Shown: positions 29,399 to 36,093 of the stretch, piece by piece
Layout of the letters: the number at the start of each line of letters is the position of its first letter
How positions within the stretch are numbered: the first letter of the stretch is position 1
Assembly: GCA_036149055.1 (NCBI GenBank)
Contig: JAYZQJ010000086.1
Coordinates: 1-36,093 of the forward strand
Direction: 5' to 3'
Source: Myxococcota bacterium
GTDB taxonomy: Bacteria > Myxococcota_A > Polyangia > Polyangiales > Sandaracinaceae
DNA length: 36,093 nucleotides
The notes under the pieces: model-generated
The model's input: the letters and a program-made list of their open reading frames with translations, nothing else
What the model was told of the DNA's origin: nothing
Databases searched by the model: none
Position numbers and translations under genes: made by a program

Positions 29399-30457
29399 AT
29401 GGCGCGCGTCGCCTTCGCCTTGCTTCTCCTCTCCTGCGCGCCCGCGCGGCGCTCCTGGCAGCCGGTCCAGACGCCGCAGGCGGTGAGCTACGCCGTGATC
29501 TGGCAGGGCGCGCCGCTCCACGTGGCCCCCAGCCCGAGCGCGCCGGCCGTCCGGCTGATGTCGGACCGCGCGAGCCAGCAGCCCTGGGGGCGCACCGCGC
29601 TCTCTCCGTTCCGCGTGCTCTGGGAGCGGGACGGCTGGATCGCCCTGGAGACCCTCGGGGAGCCGGACGGGTCCCACTGCGCGCCCGCCCCGCCGGCCCT
29701 CCGCCCGATGCGGCTGAAGCTCTTCGTGCCGACCGCGGCGCTCGTGCCGGTGACCACGCGGGAGGTCCACCAGGAGTTCCCGGACGGCACCGAGCTCCAC
29801 CTCGCGCGCGGCGTCCCGCTCGAGCCGCTCGGCAGCCGCGATCTGTACCGCGCGCGCATGGGCGAGCTGACCACGGTGGTGCGCCTCTCGCCCGGCGAGG
29901 TCGGGACCCGCTACCAGCCGAGCGAGCCCCTCGCGCCCCTGCCGATCGAGCTGATGCTCGGCGGCGACGCGCTCGCGGCCGGCGTGCCGACGCTGGCGGG
30001 CTCGGGCCGCGTGCACGCCGATCACGCGGTCGCGCTGCCGGCGGCGATGGTCGACATGCAGGGCGGGAGCGAGTCGCGGGTCGAGATCCGCCCCCGCTGC
30101 GGCCGGCTGGTGGTGCGCGTGCCGTTCCAGGCGGTGGGGCCGCCGTCGGGGCTGGTGCTCGGCTCGTTCCGGGGCGGCTCGAGCGGCGACACCTGGATCG
30201 AGGCGGGCGCGCCGATCACCTGGGGCAGCGGCGACGAGGCGGGGGTCGCGAGCGAGCGCGTCTTCGTCACCCGCGAGGTCGAGGGCGGCGCCGGGACGCG
30301 CTGCTTCGCGCACGCCCTGCGCTACGTGCCGGAGAACGAGGCGGCGCCCGATCCGAGCGCCTTCATCACCGTCTGCGCCCGCGAGCGCGACGTCGTCGAT
30401 CCGAGCGTTCCTCCGTCACGCCGCCTGGACGACCCCGCGGGCGACGGGAACGGATAG
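29399..30457 (+). CDS. Hypothetical exported/lipoprotein (possible SH3b-like segments)
   Basis: Signal with LLLSC; APLHVAPSPSAP...FRVLWERDGWIALET pattern. Confidence 0.65.
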   Translation: MARVAFALLLLSCAPARRSWQPVQTPQAVSYAVIWQGAPLHVAPSPSAPAVRLMSDRASQQPWGRTALSPFRVLWERDGWIALETLGEPDGSHCAPAPPALRPMRLKLFVPTAALVPVTTREVHQEFPDGTELHLARGVPLEPLGSRDLYRARMGELTTVVRLSPGEVGTRYQPSEPLAPLPIELMLGGDALAAGVPTLAGSGRVHADHAVALPAAMVDMQGGSESRVEIRPRCGRLVVRVPFQAVGPPSGLVLGSFRGGSSGDTWIEAGAPITWGSGDEAGVASERVFVTREVEGGAGTRCFAHALRYVPENEAAPDPSAFITVCARERDVVDPSVPPSRRLDDPAGDGNG

Positions 30458-30469
30458 ACTCCGGACCGA

Positions 30470-33409
30470 ATGGGGCAGCTCCCGCCCAACACGCTCGTCG
30501 GCGAGCGCTATCGGATCACGGGCCCGCTCGGCGCGGGCGGCATGGGCGTGGTGTACCGCGCGCGCGACGAGAAGCTCGGCCGGCAGGTCGCCCTCAAGAC
30601 GCTGCCCAAGGACCGCGTGGGCGACGCGAAGGCCCGCGCGAGGCTCGTCCGGGAGGCGCGCTCGGCGGCGGCGCTCGAGCACCCGGCGATCGCGCAGGTC
30701 TTCGACGTGGGCGAGGCCGACGACGGCGGCGCCTTCCTGGTCATGGAGCTGGTGCGAGGCGAGTCGCTGCGGACCCTGATGGGCAGCGGCGCGCTCGAGC
30801 GAGACGAGCTGCTCGACGTGCTGCGGCAGGTCGCCGACGCGCTCGATCACGCGCACGCGCACGGCGTCATTCACCGCGACATCAAGCCCGACAACATCAT
30901 GGTCCGGGACGACGGCCGCGCGGTGCTGCTCGACTTCGGGCTCGCGAAGGATCTCGGCCCGGCCGTCGCCGACACCGTCGGCCCCGACACGCCGACCGAG
31001 GACGCCCAGCTGACGAAGGAGGGGACGCTGATCGGCACCCTCTCCTACCTCGCGCCGGAGCAGGCGCGCGGCCGAGACGTCGGGCCCCGGAGCGATCAGT
31101 TCGCGCTCGCGACGTCCGCCTACGAGGCGCTGACCGGCAAGCTCCCGTGGGACGGCCCGAACGCCGCGGCGATCCTCGCGCAGATCCTCGTCGACGACGC
31201 GCCGCCGCCGAGCAGCCTCGAGTCCTCGCTCCCCGCCGAGGTCGACCGCGTCTTCGCGCGGGCCCTCGCCAAGGACGCGCAGGAGCGGTTCGAGAGCGCC
31301 GCCGGGTTCGTCGGCGCGCTGCGGGACGCCTTCGCGCGGAGCGACGAGCCGCGCGAGGTCGACCCGCTCGCCATCACGCCGTCGATCACACCGAGCGCCG
31401 CCACCGGGGGGCGCGGGTGGATCGTCGCCGGCGTGCTCGCGCTCCTCGTGGCCGGCGGGCTGGTCGCGTCGCTGCTCTGGCCGGATCCGCCGCCTCCCGA
31501 GCCGGAGGGGCTGCCGGACCACGTGGTCGTGGCCTGCCCGGTGCTCGAGGCGACGGGCGTCGAGGCGCCCACCGGGTGGCTCGGCGCGATGGCGGCCGAC
31601 CTCACCTGCGCGCGGCTGGGCTGGATGCTCGGCGGCGATCCCACCCGGACCCGCGGGCCGGCGGAGCTGGCCGGGCTGCCCATCGTGGCCGGCGACGAGT
31701 TCCCCGCCGATCCCTGGGGCGAAGACGACGCGCGCGAGCGGACCCTGACGGCGGCGCGCGAGACCGACGCCTGGATCGACGGCGACGTCCGGCGCCGCGA
31801 GGACGGAGGGATGCACGTCACCCTGCGCCTCGTCGCCGGCGGCGAGACCCTCGAGACGGCGGAGGGCGAGTCCGACGCGCTCTACGACGCCGTGGCCCAG
31901 GCGACCTCGGGGCTCGCGGGCCCGCTGCCGACGCGCGAGGCGCTCGACGCGGACGTCGCGCGCTGGACCGGCACCGAGAGCCCCGAGGTCATGTTGCTCG
32001 CCGACGAGCTCTTCGACGCGTCGCTGACCGGCGTCGGCGTGGACCGTCGCTGCGCGGCCCTCCGGGCGCGACGCGCGGCGCTCGGTCCGATCGAGGGCGA
32101 GATCGGCCGGGTCTGCCGGGCGTGGCGGATCGAGGGCGCGGACGCGTTCGAGACCCCGCCGCTCGACCGGTCGAGCCCCGCGCGGCTCGCGCTGACCGCC
32201 CCCGAGCACGCCGACGACCTGAGCGAGGCGGAGCTGCGCGAAGTCGCCGAGACCCTGCGCGCCGCCCGGTCCGAGGCGGCGCACCCGCTCGCGCGAGCCA
32301 CCCTGGCGCGCGGGGAGATCCAGGTCTGGGAGCTGCTCGACGAGGGTGACCGGGCCCGCGATCTGCTCCTGACCGCGGTCGAGGACCTGCCCCGCGACTG
32401 GTGGCTGAGGGTCCACTTCGTGCGCGCGATGCTGCGCACCCCGGGCGCGGTGGCCGCGACGCGCGCGCTGGCCGCGTGGCACCCGGGCTCCCCCGAGGCG
32501 TGGCGCACGCTCGCGCTGCCGATCCTCGCCGACCGGGAGCGCGCCCTGCCGCTGCTCCGTCGCGCCTACGCGAGCGGCGGCATGCTCCCGCTTCACGGGA
32601 CGCTCCTCGCCGACCTCCTGCTGAAGGACGGCCGCCGCGAGGAGGTCCGCCGCATGGCCGCGCGCTACGCGACGGCGGGGCCGATGAGCCGGCTCGCCGG
32701 CGAATACCTCCGCGCGCGAGTGGAGATCAGCGAGGCGCGCTTCGGGCGCGCCTACGAGCGGCTGAGCGAGGCGCTCGCCGACGAGGACATCCGCTTCGGT
32801 CGCCTCATCAACGGGGATCACGACGCGCTGGTCTGGCTATTGGAGCTGGCGTCGCTCCTCGAGCGCGAGCGCGAGACCGCCGACCCGCTGGTGCGCGCCT
32901 GGGTGCTCTCGGAGCCGCGCCGCCTGCACACCGACCAGCCGCACTACGAGCTGCCGACCATCGCGCTCTGCATGCACGCGACCCCCGAGCTGGCGCGCCC
33001 CTGCCTGGCCACGCTGCGCGGGCTGCGCGAGGGGCGGACCGCCCGCGCCGGCCGCCTCGACGGCGCCGCCGCCTTCCTCGCCGGCGCCGAGCGCTACGTG
33101 GAGGAGGACTGGCAGGGCGCGGTCGACGCGTGGCGCCCGATGGTCCGCTCCCGTTCGCCGTTCCTGCCCGCGGCCCCCTTCGCGGCCGTCGGCGAGACCG
33201 AGATCGCGCGCCGCCTCGAGCGCGCTCAGCTCCGCCGCGCCGACTTCGCCGGCGCCCACCCGGTGCACGTGCTCCGGGCGGAGCGCGCCCTCGCCGCAGG
33301 CGACACGGAGCGCGCGACCCAGCTCGCCGAGCGCGTCCTCGGCGCCTGGGCCTCCGCCGACGTCGAGGTCCCCGCCGTCGCCCGCATGCGCCAGATCGCG
33401 ACCGAGTGA
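30470..33409 (+). CDS. Ser/Thr protein kinase with TM and large helical (TPR-like) extracytoplasmic region
   Basis: LGAGGMGVVY, VALK, HRDIKPDN, DFG and YLAPE motifs; TM WIVAGVLALLVAGGLVASLLW; about 640-aa Ala/Leu-rich C-terminal region. Confidence 0.92.
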   Translation: MGQLPPNTLVGERYRITGPLGAGGMGVVYRARDEKLGRQVALKTLPKDRVGDAKARARLVREARSAAALEHPAIAQVFDVGEADDGGAFLVMELVRGESLRTLMGSGALERDELLDVLRQVADALDHAHAHGVIHRDIKPDNIMVRDDGRAVLLDFGLAKDLGPAVADTVGPDTPTEDAQLTKEGTLIGTLSYLAPEQARGRDVGPRSDQFALATSAYEALTGKLPWDGPNAAAILAQILVDDAPPPSSLESSLPAEVDRVFARALAKDAQERFESAAGFVGALRDAFARSDEPREVDPLAITPSITPSAATGGRGWIVAGVLALLVAGGLVASLLWPDPPPPEPEGLPDHVVVACPVLEATGVEAPTGWLGAMAADLTCARLGWMLGGDPTRTRGPAELAGLPIVAGDEFPADPWGEDDARERTLTAARETDAWIDGDVRRREDGGMHVTLRLVAGGETLETAEGESDALYDAVAQATSGLAGPLPTREALDADVARWTGTESPEVMLLADELFDASLTGVGVDRRCAALRARRAALGPIEGEIGRVCRAWRIEGADAFETPPLDRSSPARLALTAPEHADDLSEAELREVAETLRAARSEAAHPLARATLARGEIQVWELLDEGDRARDLLLTAVEDLPRDWWLRVHFVRAMLRTPGAVAATRALAAWHPGSPEAWRTLALPILADRERALPLLRRAYASGGMLPLHGTLLADLLLKDGRREEVRRMAARYATAGPMSRLAGEYLRARVEISEARFGRAYERLSEALADEDIRFGRLINGDHDALVWLLELASLLERERETADPLVRAWVLSEPRRLHTDQPHYELPTIALCMHATPELARPCLATLRGLREGRTARAGRLDGAAAFLAGAERYVEEDWQGAVDAWRPMVRSRSPFLPAAPFAAVGETEIARRLERAQLRRADFAGAHPVHVLRAERALAAGDTERATQLAERVLGAWASADVEVPAVARMRQIATE

Positions 33410-33419
33410 AGCACGGCGC

Positions 33420-34991
33420 TCAGGGCGCGAACGAGAAGAGCCAGGCCTCGAGGTTGGTGTAGCCGTCGCCGTCGTCGTCCGCGTCGGGACGCGCGGGCGG
33501 GGTCAGGGCGCGCGTGTTCTCCGCGACGGTGGGCCAGCCGCCGGCGTTGAGGGCGCAGCGGCGGCTGCCGTCGTCCTCGACGCAGTTGATGATGCTGCCG
33601 GTCTCGGTCTCGACCTCGCGCACGATGCGGCGGTCGACCGCGTCCCGCGCCGACGGCCAGGCGCCGACGGTCGGCAGGAGGTGCGCGCGGAGCCCGGCGG
33701 CGGGGAGCGGCGCGAAGTGGTCGTAGACCACCGGCGGCGACGAGGCGACGACGTGGCTGCCGACGCGGTTCTCGGCGAGCGACCACGGATCGCGGGTCGC
33801 GCCGGGGCCGTCGTTGTCGTCGAGGTAGATCCGCGACGACGAGGGCATCCCGGTCAGGAGGATCGGCGGGCGCATCACCGAGTTGGTGCCGGGGATGTAC
33901 ACGTTGCCGACGATGGTCGAGCGGTTGACCGAGCCCCCGGACGACGCGAGGCTCGTCACGACGTCGTGCCAGTTGTAGACGACGTTGTTGGCCATCACGA
34001 GCCCGTTGGCGCGGGACATCGGGTTGCGGCTCTTGTGGTGCGCCAGCACGCTGCGCACGAGCGCGACGCGGTCGGACTCCTGGCCGAACAGCGGGCCGAG
34101 CCCGTGAGGCGCGGGCCCGCTGGCGCCCTCGTCGACGTGGATGGAGTCGTTCAGCGGCAGGCCCATCAGCGTGTCGATGAACGTGACGTCGCCGGCGCGG
34201 TACCAGACCGAGGTCATCTCGTCGCTCGAGAAGGCGAGCGAGCAGTGGTCGATGACGATGCGCCGGGGCTCACGGTCGCGGTTGGAGATCCGGATCGCGT
34301 CGCGGCTGTGCACCGGGGGCCCGTCCGGTCGGTCGCCGACCCGGATGCGCAGGTGGGACACGAGCACGTCGCTGGCGGCGATGCGCAGCCCGGCGCCGTG
34401 GATCGAGATACCCGGCGAGGGCGCGGTCTGACCGGCGATCGTGATGTAGGGATCCCAGATCTCGAGGTCGCGGGTCCGCTCGATGACGCCCGAGACCTCG
34501 AAGATGCACACCCGCGGCCCGGAGGCGCTCACGCAGGCGTCGAGGGAGCCCGGGCCGGACGACGCGAGGGTGGTGACCCGGTGAATGGTCGTGCGCGGCG
34601 GGCTCTCGCTCCGGCCGCTGCCGGCGGGCGTCTCCATGCCGAAGCCCGCGCCGCAGGGGATGACGGGCAGCGGGCCCGAGGAGGGCAGGCAGGGGGCCGG
34701 CGGTCCTCCCGGGCCGGCGTCGACCGCGGCGTCCACACCGGCGTCGGGCTCGGGCGGCGCCCCGGCGTCCGCCACCACCGTGCCCGCGTCCGCGGGATCG
34801 GGAGGCTCCTCCCCCGCGTCCGCCATGGGCGGCGGCGGCGGCGGCACGTCGGCGTCCTCCATGACGGGCGGCGGCGGGCGGTCGCCCGCGTCGCTCCCGT
34901 CGTCCGTCAGCGTCGCCTCACAGCCGGTCAGGCCCAGGGCCACGCTCCACAGCAGGCCGGCCACCCACGCTCCTCGAATGTTTCCACGCAT
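33420..34991 (-). CDS. Pectate-lyase-like (beta-helix) lipoprotein
   Basis: GFG...VTTLASSGPGSL...GPRVCIFEVSGVI, ITIAGQTAP, IDHCS...DE, RNP, NNVVYNW and C-terminal DDDGDGYTNLE; lipobox LGLTGC; DAG/Pro linker; SD GGAGG before ATG 34991. Confidence 0.85.
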   Translation of the reverse strand: MRGNIRGAWVAGLLWSVALGLTGCEATLTDDGSDAGDRPPPPVMEDADVPPPPPPMADAGEEPPDPADAGTVVADAGAPPEPDAGVDAAVDAGPGGPPAPCLPSSGPLPVIPCGAGFGMETPAGSGRSESPPRTTIHRVTTLASSGPGSLDACVSASGPRVCIFEVSGVIERTRDLEIWDPYITIAGQTAPSPGISIHGAGLRIAASDVLVSHLRIRVGDRPDGPPVHSRDAIRISNRDREPRRIVIDHCSLAFSSDEMTSVWYRAGDVTFIDTLMGLPLNDSIHVDEGASGPAPHGLGPLFGQESDRVALVRSVLAHHKSRNPMSRANGLVMANNVVYNWHDVVTSLASSGGSVNRSTIVGNVYIPGTNSVMRPPILLTGMPSSSRIYLDDNDGPGATRDPWSLAENRVGSHVVASSPPVVYDHFAPLPAAGLRAHLLPTVGAWPSARDAVDRRIVREVETETGSIINCVEDDGSRRCALNAGGWPTVAENTRALTPPARPDADDDGDGYTNLEAWLFSFAP

Positions 34992-35080
34992 GCTTCCCTC
35001 CAGACCTCTCGAGGCTGCCGCGGGCCGGACGCCGGGGTGAATTGCGCGGCTGGCGCCGAACCTTACGCGGCTGGCGCGGA

Positions 35081-35953
35081 TCAGAATTCGACGCAGCCGA
35101 TGACCGCGTCGCAGGAGGAACCGTCGGCGACCACGACGCCGACCAGCACGCCGACGGCCGCGAGCACCACCACCGCGGCGACGCTCAGCCCGACCACGAG
35201 GCCGACGTCCACGCCGCCGCTCGGCTCGGACGCGGGCTCCGGCAGAGGCTCCGCTCCATCGACGAGAGGGGGGTGAGGCGCCGGCTCGGGCGCGATCCTC
35301 GGCTCGAGCGAGATCGAGCGAGACAGGGTCTGCCCGGGCTCCAGCGTCACCCGCTCGACCGACGCGCGGTGGCCATCCGCCTCCACCCGGATGGTGTGGG
35401 TCCCCGGGGCGAGCACGCGCCCGAGCACGCTGCCGGTCACCAGCTCGCCCGCCCGCTCGTCGTCGATGAACACCTCGACCGATCGCGGCGCGGCGACCCT
35501 GAGCTCCAGGCGCGCGAGCCCCTCGGAGACCGCCCGGCGCAGCGCGGCGAGCGCCTCGTCGAAGCGCGCGTCGAGCTCCCCCAGCTCGCCCGCCTCGAGC
35601 CGGTTCAAGAGCAGATGCGCGTCCCAGGAGCGCCCGAGCGCCTGCAGCGCGGAGGCGAGGTTGATGGCGGTCGACGCCCGCGGCTCGAGGGTGAGGGCGC
35701 GCTCGAACACCACGCGCGCCGACTCGTAGCGCCCCTCCTCGAGCAGGCGGGTGCCCTCGTGAAAGAGCCGCTCCGCCTCCGCTGCCGCCTCCCCCTGCGC
35801 GACCTCTCCCTGCGCCCTCGTCTCCCCCTGCGCCTGCGTCGCCTCCCCCTGCGCGGCCGCCGGCCCCGCGGCCACGACCGGAGCGCAGACGACGAGCGCC
35901 GCGACGAGGGCGGTCCAGAGACGGCCGAGAGTCGAGCGCGCCGAGTCGACCAC
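35081..35953 (-). CDS. TPR plus PEGA domain exported protein with C-terminal TM
   Basis: AERLFHEG...FERALTL...NLA TPR-like segment; VEVFIDD...PGTHTIRVEADGH PEGA; C-terminal hydrophobic helix. Confidence 0.82.
   Translation of the reverse strand: MVDSARSTLGRLWTALVAALVVCAPVVAAGPAAAQGEATQAQGETRAQGEVAQGEAAAEAERLFHEGTRLLEEGRYESARVVFERALTLEPRASTAINLASALQALGRSWDAHLLLNRLEAGELGELDARFDEALAALRRAVSEGLARLELRVAAPRSVEVFIDDERAGELVTGSVLGRVLAPGTHTIRVEADGHRASVERVTLEPGQTLSRSISLEPRIAPEPAPHPPLVDGAEPLPEPASEPSGGVDVGLVVGLSVAAVVVLAAVGVLVGVVVADGSSCDAVIGCVEF
35789..35854 (-). repeat. Four short coding repeats (AQGE)
   Basis: CT(C/T)CCC-CTGCGC-type 12-mers at 35789, 35804, 35822 and 35843 encode AQGE four times. Confidence 0.7.
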
Positions 35954-36093
35954 CTCGAGAGGACGGCAGGCGACGAGCGCAGCGACGTCGCCGCACGCCC
36001 CACCCCGTGCCCTTCGCGCCCGCGGCAGCGGGCGGCCAGCGCGCGCGCAGCGCGAGCGCGAGCCGCAGGGCCCCCAGCGCCCCGTCGCTGGGG

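Noticed and set aside
26053..32821. Long alternative ORFs (26053-28848 -, 26010-27725 +, 29383-32349 +, 30416-32821 -)
   Set aside because: Frame-shifted or antisense shadows of the kinase and CaiB genes.
33420..35996. 858-aa reading of the pectate-lyase ORF, implying a fusion with upstream sequence
   Set aside because: The N-terminal extension overlaps the TPR-PEGA gene in another frame; an SD and lipoprotein signal support ATG 34991.

Overview
Very GC-rich bacterial chromosome segment, densely coding with about 32 credible CDSs. Four eukaryotic-like Ser/Thr kinases, PEGA/TPR proteins, FG-GAP and Cys-rich lipoproteins, DAG/Pro-rich linkers and a CglC-like lipoprotein suggest Myxococcota, probably Polyangiales/Sandaracinaceae-like (inference). 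Recognisable genes: an RbfA paralog, cyclophilin, AraC with an SDR, ABC1/UbiB kinase divergent from TetR, UbiA-like prenyltransferase, EF-hand lipoprotein, response regulator, a radical SAM plus DUF4130-UdgX DNA-repair operon, GNAT, CaiB/BaiF CoA-transferase, YfcE-like phosphoesterase and a pectate-lyase-like lipoprotein. No rRNA, tRNA, CRISPR, integrase or transposase was seen. The most interesting unexplained structures are: (1) a Shine-Dalgarno-led 14-codon uORF whose codons can base-pair with the ribosome-binding region of the RbfA paralog, a candidate translational attenuator; (2) two tandem lipoprotein genes sharing about 220 bp of near-identical promoter plus 5' sequence and then diverging abruptly; (3) a helical protein ending in a PcrA/UvrD-type Tudor-like domain; (4) a 199-bp element with 30-bp terminal inverted repeats; (5) TANNNT -10 boxes 6-9 nt before many start codons, suggesting leaderless mRNAs. 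Candidate TetR, AraC, LexA and sigma54 sites are also readable. All family assignments come from motif recognition by eye, not database searches.
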